Assembly: GCF_001447785.1 (NCBI RefSeq)
Contig: NW_015168044.1
Location: 595,940 to 659,939 of the forward strand
Direction: 5' to 3'
Source: Gekko japonicus
Lineage: Eukaryota
DNA: 64,000 nucleotides
Part shown: one piece after another, positions 11,870 through 23,226 of the stretch
Numbering within the stretch: the first letter of the stretch is position 1
Layout of the letters: every line of letters begins with the position of its first letter
Made by a program: the position numbers and the translations under genes
The notes under the pieces: generated by a model
The model's database searches: none
Seen by the model: only the letters and a program-made list of their open reading frames with translations
What the model was told of the DNA's origin: nothing

Positions 11870-13345
11870 AGCCCTAAGGCAGAAAGGTCTTCCGAAGTGA
11901 TGGCAGCCCGAGAGCTCGAGAGGGGCCTCCCGCACGTGGATGTCCGGTAGGGCTGCCAGCCTCTAAGGAGTGCCGGGAGCCTTCCTGAACTCCAGATGCC
12001 GGAAGTCAGTCCCCCCGGAGAAAAAGGCTGATCCGCAGCGGCCTCCGTGAACATAAGAGATGCCAATGTTGGATCAGGCCAAAGGCCCATCCAGTCCAAC
12101 ACTCTGTATCACACAGTGGCCAGAAATACCAGGTGCCATCAGGAGGTCCAGCAGTGGGGCCAGGACATTAGAAGCCCTCCCACTGTTGACCCCCCCCAAG
12201 CACCAAGAGGTACAGAGCATCACTTGCCCCAGAGCCCCTATCTATACCTTGTGGCTAATAGCCACTGATGGACCTCTGCTCCATATGCTTATCTAATTCC
12301 CTTTTGAAGCTGTCCATGCTTGTAGCCGCCGCCACTTCCTGTGGCAGTGAATTCCATGTGTTCATCACTCTTTGGGTGAAGAAGTGCTTCCTTTTATTCG
12401 TTCTAACCTGACCGCTCAGTAATTTCATGGAGTGCCCACAAGGAGTTCTTGTATTGTGAGAAAGGGAGAAAAGTACCTCTTTCTCGACCTGCTCTATCCC
12501 ATGCATAATCTTATAAACCTCAATCATGTCACCCCTCAGTCGTCGTTTCTCCAAGCTAAAGAGCCCTAAGCGCCTTAACCGTTCCTCATAGGGAAAGTGT
12601 TCCAACCCTTTTATCATTCGAGTTGCCCTTTTCTGCACTTTTTCCAAAGCTATAATATCCTTTTTAAGGTGTGGTGACCAGAACTGCACACAGTATTCCA
12701 AATGAGGTCGCACCATTGATTTATATAGCGGCATTATGATATTGGCTGATCTGTTTACAATACCCTTCCTAATAATCCCCAGCATAGCATTGGCCTTCTT
12801 TATTGCAGTCACACACTGTCTCGACATTTTCAGTGAGTTATCTACTACAACTCCAAGATCTCTCTCTTGATCTGTCTCTGCCAGTTCAGACCCCATCAAC
12901 GTGTATTTATAGTTAGGATTTTTGGCTCCAATGTGCATCACCTTGCACTTGGCCACATTGAACCCCATTTGCCATGTTGACGCCCACTCGCCCAACTTTG
13001 ACAGATCCCTTTGGAGTGCCTCACAATCCTCACTGGTTTTCACCACCCTGAACAACTTCGTATCATCCGCAAATTTAGCCACTTCACTGCTTACTCCCAT
13101 CTCCAAATCATTAATGAACAAGTTAAAAAGCAGTGGACCAAGTACTGATCCCTGTGGTACCCCACTGCTTACACCCCTCCACTGGGAGAACTGCCCATTT
13201 ATACTCACTCTCTGTTTTCACGGGCCTCCCGGGGCGGGGGGAGAAGAGGAAGCCCCGGGAAGGAGGAGGGGGGGGCGTCCACCTGAGGCCTTTCGGGGGG
13301 CGGGGCAGAGGATAAGTGCTTGATAGTAGTGGGCCGCGTTTTGTT
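11870..13345. promoter_or_regulatory. Remnant CpG-island / expected PMPCA-ENTR1 bidirectional promoter, split by a CR1
   Basis: CpG-rich 11880-12046 (ETS core CCGGAAGT at ~11999) and 13220-13345 (GGGGCGGGG boxes); head-to-head gene arrangement. Confidence 0.5.
12049..13219 (-). mobile_element. Young 5'-truncated CR1 LINE (RT C-terminus + 3' UTR/tail)
   Basis: Uninterrupted 317-aa ORF 12255..13208 with GVPQGSVLGPLLF, KFADDTKL, VRPHLEYCVQFWSP; TCTTATGTT tail. Confidence 0.95.
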
Positions 13346-13359
13346 CGCTCCTTTGAAAC

Positions 13360-13785
13360 ATGTTACAAAGGAATGCTGCTGTATGTTCATAAGTTTACAG
13401 AATTATGACAATAAACTGAAGACATTTCCATGATGTTTAAATCCCAATTGTCTTCTTTATTCCACAGATCTAATCAGTGCATGACGAACATCTCGAGTTT
13501 TCAGAGTTCGTTTCGCAGTCTTTATCAAAATTCTGTTTTGCTGGACTTTTTTCTTTCCAAAGCAATCCACTATAAGGAATCTGTATTTCAGAAAGGCTAA
13601 GAATAGCTGTCAAGAAAATCACAACTTCTTTAACCACGGAATAAAAAAGACAATTGGGATTTAAACATCATGGAAATGTCTTCAGTTTATTGTCATAATT
13701 CTGTAAACTTATGAACATACGGCAGCATTTCTTTGTAACATTGTTCATTTAGATTGCTGTGCCCTTTTTGCGCTCCTTTGAAACA
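13360..13785. mobile_element. Fold-back Penelope-type pseudo-LTR insertion with hammerhead-like motif
   Basis: ~104-bp inverted arms 13360-13463/13638-13741; 15-bp direct repeat CGCTCCTTTGAAACA at 13346-13360 and 13771-13785; HHR-like motif on minus 13483-13528. Confidence 0.6.
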
Positions 13786-13884
13786 GACAGGCCCGTGAGA
13801 GACAGTCTGCAACCCCCCCGTCTGCCTGCCTGCCTCTGGGCATGTGCAGAGCACCTCCACACCTCACTGCCGCCTCCTTTTCAG

Positions 13885-13982
13885 ATGGAGCTGTCGAGGA
13901 GGCCAATCCCTTCTCCTTCAAGGAGTTTGTGCGGAGCCAGAGCCAGCGTGGACCTGGGGCCAGCAGTATGGCCAACCCCAAG
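13885..13982 (+). CDS. ENTR1: Endosome-associated trafficking regulator 1 (SDCCAG3), internal exon
   Basis: DGAVEEANPFSFKEFVRS..PK (conserved EEANPFSF.EF motif); ttttcag acceptor; GC donor AAG|GCAAGT. Confidence 0.88.
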
Positions 13983-14354
13983 GCAAGTGAAGCCCGCTTG
14001 TTTTCTTTGTGGAGTAGCCGGTGCCCTGGCATGCTTGGCCTCCAGTCCTGAGAAGCCTGCTCTTTTGGGCTGGAAGGGGGGAAGAGTAGGTAGGCGTGGA
14101 GGAGATGCCTTTTAATACTGGCAAGATGAGTGTTCCCTCAAGAGAAGCCTTTATGAATCCTCCCCTGCAGGCAACAGAAGGGTGGCACCACTTGTGGCCT
14201 TACTGGCCTTCAGGCAAAGGTCTGGCAAGGACTTGGGCAGGTGGAGCCCCTTGTGGGTGCAGATGGGGAAGAATTGCTTGCCTTGTAGGTTGCCAGCAGT
14301 AGGGGGGTCTGGTAACCAGGGCCATAAGCAATGCCCACTGCCTTTTCACCTGAG

Positions 14355-14570
14355 AGCCAGTTTGCTGTAGTGGTTAAGAGTGGTGGACTCTAATCTGGAG
14401 AACCGGGTTTGATTTCCCCACTCCTCATGAAGCCAGCTGGGTGGCCTTGGGTCAGTCACAGTTCTCTTGGAGCTCTCTCAGCCACACCTACCTCACAAGG
14501 TGTCTGTTGTGGGGAGGGGAAGGGAAGGAGATTGGAAGCCACTCCGAGTGAAGGGCAAAGTATAAATCCA
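14355..14570 (+). mobile_element. tRNA-derived squamate SINE
   Basis: TGTAGTGGTTAAG..GGACTCTAATCTGGAGAACCGGGTTTGAT head; sister copy at 49497-49723. Confidence 0.75.
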
Positions 14571-14839
14571 ATATTCCTCGGCTGTTGGGGATCAGAGGAC
14601 CCAGAGTTTCTTTTCCCTTCTCAAATGTTTGAGTTTCACAGCCCACTTTTGAGTCACAAACCACATACTGAGAGCCACTGATTTAGGCCAACACTGCCCT
14701 ATTGGATAAAAAGGAGACATTATACATTCTTGGCTGTGTGCAAAGAAAGTCTTATCAATTAAAGTGTAAAGTTGCTTGTGACAAGGTATGAAATCCGATA
14801 CCAGTATGAAGACTGATCTTTTTTCTATTGTCACTTCAG

Positions 14840-15217
14840 GAGTCCATCAGGTGCTCTGTAATGCTGGGCGATGATTCCTTATCCCCGAAATCGTTAGGAC
14901 TGAGCTTGGAATGCCAGGAATTATTTTTCTCAGACCCAACAGCTACAAGCTCTTTGCTGGAAGACGAAGGGGATGGATGGAGTGGCTCGTACCGGCCATC
15001 TGCTGTGGAAGAGGCTCACTTGGCCAGGGTTCCCAGCAGCACTTTTGACTCTTTTTCCTGTGACTCCTCTGATCTCCTGACTACTTCACCATGGCAGCTC
15101 AGAGAAAGTGACTGTTACCAACAGGACCCCCTTGGAAAAGGAGACCAGAGCTTATCTCTTGATGAAGAGACTGTAGAAGATGGCTTTTATCAGCCTTTGC
15201 AGCCAAGCTACGAAGAA
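14840..15217 (+). CDS. ENTR1: ENTR1 exon (378 nt)
   Basis: ELFFSDPT..LLEDEGDGWSGSYRPSAVEEAH..LQPSYEE; cag/gtgaga. Confidence 0.9.
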
Positions 15218-16014
15218 GTGAGAGGATTTATTGCCAACACTCTTTTACTTCCTTCCTTCCTTTTCTCTAGAGGGCCAGAATGGGTTTCTCTGCAAGCCAG
15301 CCGTGATGGCCAGAAATCTCAGTAGCAAATTGTTTTACTCCTCCAGATGCCTGTCTGTGATCTTCTGCTAGGCAAGGGCTGAAGTCAAGCTAGCTTAAAA
15401 ATGGCTCCTTCCAGCCATTCCTCTGGGTGTGTTCTGTAGCCTCCTACTGCTTTTAAACTTTGCAATAGATGAGGAAATGGAAGGACAGTGAAAACCCCCC
15501 CCCCTTCTCTTGTCATCCCTGGTTTTTCACAACCAGTTGGCTAAGAGGCTGGTGTCTCTTATATTTTCAGCCCAGGCTGTGGGTTGACTGTGAAAATTGG
15601 CAGCTTTGGCTGGTGCAGAACTAGTAATCTGCACTTCAGATTTCATTCTTTTTCCAAAACAAATTTCTTGTTTTCCCAACTGTAAACAAAGCATAAAACG
15701 TATGGGCACTATCAATTAAACCCCAATCTACCTCCTGGCTAGTTGAATGTTCACCAGTTATGGTCCATTAAAATATGGGAACTAGAAGTTTTAAATTAGC
15801 CTCAGATTAACCATATTGTTTTGGGTACTGCCAGTATACACAGGTAGTTTGAGGTAAGGCTGAAGCATCTAGGTGTTTTAACATGATAGGAATCTACAAA
15901 ATCTTCTGGATAGAAACTTTACTCTCTGCCTGTAATACTTGAAATTGGGGTCACCATGATAGTAGATTCTGGACTGACAAAAGGAAGTTCTGTGTCACAA
16001 AATGGGTATAGATC

Positions 16015-16116
16015 AGGATGGAAGAAGTGAGCAGTGACTCATGAAAGCTCATACCCTACTACAAATTTTGTTAGTCTTTAAGGTGCTACTAGTCTCTTAC
16101 TTTTTTCTGCTGCTAC
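16015..16116 (+). mobile_element. Penelope pLTR fragment (degenerate hammerhead core)
   Basis: GAAGAAGTGAGCAGTGACTCATGAAAGCTCATACC..GTTAGTCTTTAAGGTGCTACT. Confidence 0.65.
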
Positions 16117-16426
16117 AAAATGGGTAGTTGATTTGTCAAATTCACTGCTTCAAGATGTGATGATGGCTACTAGCTCTGATGGATTTCAAAGGGGGTTGGA
16201 CAGATGTATGGTAGATAGGTCTATTGTTGGTTATTGGCCATGATACCCAAATAGGGCCTCTAGGCTTTGAGGTGAACTGCGTCTGATCAGCCATTAGTGA
16301 AAATGGAATACTGGACTACACAATCCCTAGTTTCTGTCTGGTGGGCTTTGTCCAGCAGTTCTCACATACGTGATACGGATCAGAGGTAGACTTCTGTTGA
16401 GGGTGTTCTCGCTCCTTTTTTTGTAG

Positions 16427-16500
16427 CTAAAACAAGACAGTTCAAAGTTGAAGAATAAGATCAGCTGCCTTCAAGCAGTTTGTGAAGCTCAGGCAAACAG
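16427..16500 (+). CDS. ENTR1: ENTR1 exon (74 nt)
   Basis: LKQDSSKLKNKISCLQAVCEAQAN; coiled-coil start; AG/GT. Confidence 0.9.
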
Positions 16501-16833
16501 GTACTGTGTTTATTCAAATGATCCTGAACATAAGACAATCCCCACCATGTTGTCTGTGCAAAAAAATTATAGAATGTGACTGTAATTTGCACGCAAATGG
16601 AATATATAGTCTTGCCTTCGAGTACATGCGGGTATGTTCTCAAACAGGTCCAACAAAATATGTCTCCAGTGTAGCTGTGGCAATACCTGTGGTTTCCTAG
16701 CCTTTCTGAGTATTCAAGGGGCTTCACATGTGCTTAGCAATGAGAGAAGCCTGATACATCCTCCAAAATACAAAAGCTTGTTGAAGAGAACACCCACAGC
16801 CAAATGCACACTCTTTGCTTTCTTTTAAACTAG

Positions 16834-16945
16834 GGTAAAAGAACTGGAAAGAATGGTACAGGACCACAAACTAAAAGAAGCCAAGGAGGCCCGGGACTTG
16901 GAAGCTATGGTGCAGCAGGTGGAAGAGAACCTACAGCTGATGACT
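16834..16945 (+). CDS. ENTR1: ENTR1 exon (112 nt)
   Basis: VKELERMV..EARDLEAMVQQVEENLQLMT; tag/gtgagt. Confidence 0.95.
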
Positions 16946-17727
16946 GTGAGTTGAGCTGCATCTGTAGTGTGAAGCAGTGCCTGTACACACGAGGAGCTGC
17001 TGAGGGATCAACTCCCACAGATCTATATTTGCTGCTGTCTCCTGGGCAATGCACAGTTTTGCTGAAGATGCAGGGTCCGTTGCGGAGAATTAATACACTG
17101 CCCCAAGGAAGGAAGAAACTCCTCTCTATCCCCATCTCCTGTAGCAGAATCATTACACTCCTGAGTCCTAATCTGCCTCCTGGGCCACCCATAAACTTTC
17201 ATCACAGTTTAAGAATCAGTCGAGAGATTATAGTTCAGAAATGAAAGTATTAAAAACGGTGCTAAAAGCAAATGTCCAGCACCTCCACTTGTTTTTGTGG
17301 TAACCCCTCCTCCCCTGAGGGGGTTGGCACTCCTCCCCCCACCCAAGTATGGGCACACGAAGTTGCCTTTGCATCCGTGGGGATTTGGTCCACCTAGGTC
17401 AGTACTGCTTGCTTTAATTTTTCCTGAGAAGGGATTTCCATAGTTTTATTTTACAAAATTTATATCCCGACTTTCTGCCCCCAGAAGGGCCACTGATGCT
17501 GCCCATATTCACAACCTCAACAAGGAGAGTTACAACCTGGAGGCACCTTTGGCTGCAACATACATCCCAGGGCTAAAATTTACATCCCATTGTTGCACTG
17601 TTTGTAGGTTGAATGTAAAATAAAAATTCCCATTAATTCATTTGGGGGATTTCCCAGATCCCAGTCCTGCACTTCAACCACTATAACACACCAGACCTCG
17701 GGTTCCCCTGGCAGAATAGCTCTCGAC

Positions 17728-18269
17728 TAGGGGTGTGCAAAAAAAAATAAATATTTGGCCCATTCGGATTCGGCCAAATCGGGCAGAATCAATTTCGGCT
17801 GGCAGTAAGACTCGCATGTCAGTTTCGCAGGGTCCTCAAACAGGTTGCCCCTAACCCCTCCATTGTTCTCTATGGTGGGAAAAAGTTACTTTTTCCCCAC
17901 TATAGAGAACAATGGCCGGGATAGGCGCAACCTGTTTGGGGGCCCATAGAATTGGACCCCCTAATTCAATGTTCTTCAAACTTGGTTGGTATCTTGGGGA
18001 GAGGCCCCAGCAGCTACCCTGCGAGTTTGGAGCCTCTCCCTCAAACCCCCTTTTCTCCAGCCCCCAGAATATACCCTATGTTTTCGCCATTGATTTCAAT
18101 GGCCCATAGGATATAATGGGGCCGAATTGCCACCGAAATTCGGTGGCAATTCGGCAACAAGCCGATTCAGATCAGAGAATCTAAATCGGCCTGCAGCAGC
18201 CTGAAAAGGGTCCAAATGGGCCATTTTCGGGGGTGCATTTGGTTTGGACGAGCTAAATACACATCCCTA
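17728..18269. mobile_element. Non-autonomous hAT-type DNA transposon
   Basis: TIRs TAGGGGTGTGCA / TACACATCCCTA; degenerate 8-bp TSD CTCTCGAC/CTCCTGAC. Confidence 0.7.
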
Positions 18270-18375
18270 CTCCTGACTGCTTGCATTCCTTAGCTGCATT
18301 CTGCAGCTTGTTCCATTTCATCTGGCCCAGTCCTCACAGCTGCCAAATAAACTGTCTTGCTATTTTCTTTTCCAG

Positions 18376-18438
18376 AAACGGGCAGTGAAGGCAGAGAATA
18401 GTGTCATAAAGTTGAAGCGGGAAAATGCACAACTTCAG
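18376..18438 (+). CDS. ENTR1: ENTR1 exon (63 nt)
   Basis: KRAVKAENSVIKLKRENAQLQ; ccag/gtatga. Confidence 0.95.
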
Positions 18439-19016
18439 GTATGAGTTCTGCCCCTCCTGCTGGGGCAGAAGCTACAACGGTGAAGGAAGCACTGTGCCAT
18501 AAATAGCTGTGAGCTGCTAAGCCCTGACTGGTGTGCCGGAGCTGGTGCTTCAGAGGTTGTTGCAGACACTTCAGCAGTCACTGTGGAGACTGGCTCAGGG
18601 TGCATAGCAGTTGCAATTGCACTCCCATTTCTCAACCAATGTATTGTTTTAGATATTACTACTATTAGCGGCTTATTGTTTAAGATTATGCCCTGGGGTT
18701 TTTTGCCCAGTGGGGATGCAGCCCAGATTATACCTTTCTCTCCCTCTGCATTTTTCACAGCAAGCCTGTGAAGTAGGTTAGGCTCAGAGAAAGTGACTGG
18801 CCCAAGGTCACCCAGCCAGCATCTTTGGCAGAGTGGAGATCTGAACGTGGGTCTCCCAGATCCTGGTGCAATGCTTTAACACAACATACACTGGCTCTTC
18901 TCCATGTGCAACTGCATTGTGTGTAGTGCTATGTGTAACTGCCACTGCAGCTGCGCTTTTTATAGAAGCAGTTGCCAAGTTTTCTTCCCCCCCGTTCCGC
19001 ACCCCCCACTTGCAAG

Positions 19017-19222
19017 CAGGGTTCCCTCTAAGCTGAGTTAGTGTGAGCTAGCTCACAGAATTTTAGCCTCCAGCTCACAGATTTTTGTCTTAGCTCAGGG
19101 AGGATGAGTCCAGAGCAAGCTAATTTATGCAGTAGCCAAATCATTTGCTCATAACTTTAATGCCAGCAGCTCACAAAGTAGAAATTTTGCTCACAAGACT
19201 CCACAGCTTAGAGGGAACACTG
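19017..19222. mobile_element. hAT MITE
   Basis: TIRs CAGGGTTCCCTCTAAGCTG / CAGCTTAGAGGGAACACTG; perfect 8-bp TSD CTTGCAAG. Confidence 0.9.
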
Positions 19223-19888
19223 CTTGCAAGCCGTTTATAGTGCTTTGTGGGTTGACTGGGGAAGATTTTCTGTATGTCTTCAGTGTCCTGGGACTTATAA
19301 ACTGGCATCTCACCAGAAGACAGTGAGAACTTTTTTGCCTGGATATTCAACAAGGAAACTGGAAACAATACGATGTTCACAGCAGTTGCACTTTTCTAAA
19401 AACAGGGGTGTACTAATCTAACGTAGGATTGTGGAAACTAGTAGCAAGTTCAGTGGCAGGGGGGTAGCCAATGGATCATATCCTGGACCCTGCTTCAGAT
19501 GTGGTATTGGGTAAGTCCCTGTGGGACTTGGTACTCACACAAGGTGCTGTATGGCTGACAGGCACCGTTGGCATCCCCATTTAAATGCGATGTACAAGTC
19601 CCACGGGCGGGCATTTGCACTGTGGCCTGGCCTAGTTCCCTGGGACCTGAAGTTTCAAAAGGCAAAAACGACTCAAGCCACTGTCCTGAGCGAGCACGGA
19701 GAGAAGTCTGAGTGAACTCAAGGAGACTGGATTTCCAAGTAGGAAGTCCTTAGGACTGCACTGTAAGCAACGTTCAAAATTACTGTTGGCTTCTAGACTC
19801 AAAGGTGTCCTTTGGAATGTAGACTTCCTGTACTTTTCATCCAGTTGTGCATGGAGCTTTGATGTAATCAACTTCTCTTTCGCTTTCC

Positions 19889-20378
19889 TTTTTTTTGGTA
19901 AACAAATTTTATTTTCTTAGGAATTCAACATATAGAAATAAACCATTTCATCCATTCCATTGTCTACCCCATTCCCATTTCCTCCCCTCCCTCCAGTGGC
20001 TTCCCGCAATGCTTCCCCCCCTACTCCGCATTACTTTACATCCTCAATTATATCATTTTCTTATCATTACAATCTTAAGATAACATCATTTGACTTAATA
20101 TTGATCTAAACATATTAAGTTTTGTTTCACATCCCAGTTCTTTTCCAAATATATTTTAAAGTCACTCCATTCTTGAAAAAACACATCATCTTCTTTGTTA
20201 TTCAACTTTTTCGTAATTTTATCCATTTCTGCCATGAACAGAACTTTTTGTATCCAGTCTTCAATTTCTGGTACTTTCTCTGTTTTCCAAAATTGTGCAT
20301 AAATCATTCTCGCAGTTGTAATTAAGTACCAGAATAGAGTCTTTTTAGTCGTATTGATTTCCTCCATTTTTAATCCTA
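19889..20378 (-). mobile_element. 5'-truncated L1/Tx1-type LINE (ORF2 C-terminus, 3' UTR, polyA)
   Basis: LGL..LFWYLITTARMIYAQFWK..P..EDW..AEMDK..F..EW; AATAAA then A-run at 19889-19896 on minus. Confidence 0.8.
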
Positions 20379-20381
20379 AAG

Positions 20382-20521
20382 GGACAAATGAAGAATTGCC
20401 AGCTGGAAAATGAAGCCTTGAAGTCCAGTCATTCGGCAAATCTGGCTGTAATGAAAAAAAATGCGGATATTGCCTTGCAGAATCTTCTTGCTATCGTAGC
20501 AAAGTCTCATTCATCTATCAA
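20382..20521 (+). CDS. ENTR1: ENTR1 exon (140 nt)
   Basis: GQMKNCQLENEALKSSHSANLAVMKKNADIALQNLLAIVAKSHSSIK; aag acceptor, gtaggt donor; phases fit neighbours. Confidence 0.92.
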
Positions 20522-20694
20522 GTAGGTTTTTTGAAACTTTCAGTAAGTACACTAAAATGTCAGATGGTGGCAGTTTGGTAGCTGTTGTAAGGATTTAAAT
20601 TAGCCTTGGCCTCCTCTGTCAGCTGCTAATATAACACATGACTTCCCTGCCTTTAAAAACATTTGGGTAGTTTAGACTAATTATGCCAATCAAT

Positions 20695-21125
20695 CAAACC
20701 TTTATTGGCATAGATTGAAAAAGAAAACAACAACGTAGGAACCACAGATTTTAAATACACAAAGACAGTCATCCTGCCAGAGCTTTAACCTCATATTCTC
20801 TAACCCTCATGGCAATAGAGAGGAACCTTGCCACTGCAAAGGTGATGTCAGGACGGTGATCTGATGGAAGGAAGATACTAGTCTCTCTTCTGGACAGCTG
20901 TGCCTATTGATCAAAAGGGAGCTGATTAGAACATCCCGTATTTTATTGTAGAATTCACAATTAAGCAAGATGTGGGTAATCAGTTCTGTTTTCCTGCTAC
21001 TACATAGACAGGTCCTTTCAGGCTAGGGGACATTTGCAAATCTACCATAAAGGACTGGAGATGGTAAAGCGTCAAAACGTGCAAGCATAAAAGCTCGTCT
21101 TAGTGGGGGGGCTGTAAGCTAGCTA
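20695..21125 (-). mobile_element. RTE-X-like LINE 3' fragment
   Basis: Minus translation RRAFMLARFDALPSPVLYGRF..RTCLC..HILLNCEFY; AATAAA tail. Confidence 0.6.
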
Positions 21126-21129
21126 GTCC

Positions 21130-22870
21130 ATGTTGGGTGCTCATTGCCTTGGCCTCCTAGCACCAGACAAATGGTTGAGCCACAACAGAGATTGGGTTGG
21201 AACTTTAGGTCATCAGCCTTTACCTGTATCTTCAGACTTCTGGTGGAGGGATGAGACCCCCTCATCTAAACTAACATCAGTAAAAGGTGTGTGGCAGCCA
21301 CCAGGGAAGAATGAGGTCTCTGCCCCTTCTGCAAGAAGCCCTCCAACTGGGGAACTGGCCAAACACCACACCATAACCATCTCAATTCATGACTTCAGTG
21401 GCAGATTTCAACACCAGACATGGCTGGTTTAATCCTCAGAATCTAGGGAAGCAGTTTCTAAACCAAGGTCTTCTACTAAGCAGTCACCAGACATCTGAGA
21501 CAATCAGTTCTGGATTTCTTCCCCTCTCCTCCCAACAAGAAGCTTCCCAGATCCTTTTGAGGTCAAAGACAGAAGGGAAAAGAGGCACTCAGTCACCCTG
21601 GCACAGAGGCATGCTTAACAACTACTCTGTGACTCTCTTTGCAGCAAGGGTTTCTCAACAAGGCCACTTGGAAGACAGTGGAACTAAATTTTGTAATATT
21701 GGCCAAGAGGTCATACTTCTCAAGACTCGTAGCCACAGCAACCATCCAGGGATCCTTCTGACAGCATATGATGTCCTTACTCGGGTCCAGACTGGCATTG
21801 CTTCTTTGCCTGGAGGCTGGTGGGTCTTGGAAAGCTTTGGATATTCAGCAGTCACCAGTGCTGGCTTCCTGGAGACCCTCGACGGACATGATCTATGAAG
21901 CGTCATGGAAGGCATTTATAAGACACTTCTAATGCAAATATGTGGATTTCTGAATGGAAAGTGACATGTTTCTTCAGCTGTTTCCAGCAAGGACTTTGTC
22001 CAAATACCCTGCGGAAAAACAGGCCACTGCTATTTTGGAGGGTTTTTCCTCCGTACATCATGTCCAGTACCTCAAGGGTGCATCCCTTGTCAACCTCCCT
22101 ACTATACAGTGGGATCTACAGAAGATCCTCAAGGTGCTCCGCAAAGATTCAATTGAACCCATTCCTCTGGATTCTGTCTTTCGAGGTTGCCTTTGGCTGA
22201 AGGATATCAGAGCTCAGCATTCTCTGAGTAAGCAAAACTTTGCGTCAGCCACAGGAATTCAGTGGTGATATGAACAGACACCCATCTTCATTCTCTTTGT
22301 GTGGAAACCAAGAGGTGGTTCCGTCATTCTGCTTGAACATCAGTAAAAGATTCACAGATTATTTCTGTGAAAAGGAATGGCACAGATTGAATGCCCAGAG
22401 ACATTAAAATTTGCATCATGCTATAGTCTGTGTGTCCTCAAATGCCCTTTTTGTGTCCTTTCACCTTCATTCATGGGGTAGTTTCCAAATCCACAATTGG
22501 CAGGAAGATAAAAACCTGTACTGCAAGGGCGCACAAGCATCTTTCAGTCCTTTCAGGGGTTACAACCCACTCTATGGAGGCATAGCAACCTCTGCAGTCT
22601 TTTCTGCAAATGCCCAGATGTAAGAGATCTGTAAGGCAGCTTCCTAGGCCTCCTATTCCGTGTCTTTAGATATTACAATGCATCCTGGCTGTGGCCAGGA
22701 TATTATTGGGAACAGAGAACCCTTACTCCAGGTTCCATTGTGTACCTTCAGAAAGAATGAGAGATTGTATTTATCCAGCTACATCTTGCACCTTTTTGGG
22801 CACAGCCCTTAGAAACTAAGTCCTAGCAAACCCATGCAGCAGAATGAGGTGGCAGAGAGCGAATGGAACA
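21130..22870 (+). mobile_element. Highly decayed DIRS fragment (RNase H / tyrosine recombinase region)
   Basis: Remnant YR C-terminus (GIATSAVFSANA..EICKAAS) at ~22570-22680; many stops; boundaries approximate. Confidence 0.55.
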
Positions 22871-23226
22871 CACCATTTCAGTTTGCAAGGGATTTCATTT
22901 TTCAAAGTTCATGACAATTATTATTGCATGTTTAGTGGGAAACTAGCACAGTGTGTAAAGGGGTAAGCTGTATCCTTTCTCCCTGAAGTGTTAATGCTGG
23001 ATTTTACAGGAACTGTTTACAGAAACAATCCCCACCTGCTGTGTGGAAAGGTACAGCTTATTTTGCCACTTCAGAATTCTTGTGCTGCATGCGTGGACCA
23101 GGCCTTAGATCAGGAAGGTGGTGCATCTGTTTCTTCTATGCTGCTGCAAGACAGGTTTTTAGGATCCTGCTGCAAAGGGAAAGATTTTGCAAGAGCTTCA
23201 CCACAGCCCAGCCATGAGAGTGAGTG

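Noticed and set aside
12255-13208. Long RT ORFs (also 28985..30394) as host genes or a retron/DGR-like system
   Set aside because: Ordinary CR1 ORF2 fragments in a vertebrate context; three near-identical copies in the window.
13282-13362. Candidate PMPCA exon 1 using CAG|gtggac at ~13282
   Set aside because: The upstream ATG is in the wrong phase; the phase-2 frame reaches TAA before any ATG.
20095-20439. Antisense ORF overlapping an ENTR1 exon as an overlapping gene
   Set aside because: It is the L1 ORF2 tail reading through by chance into the exon's antisense strand.
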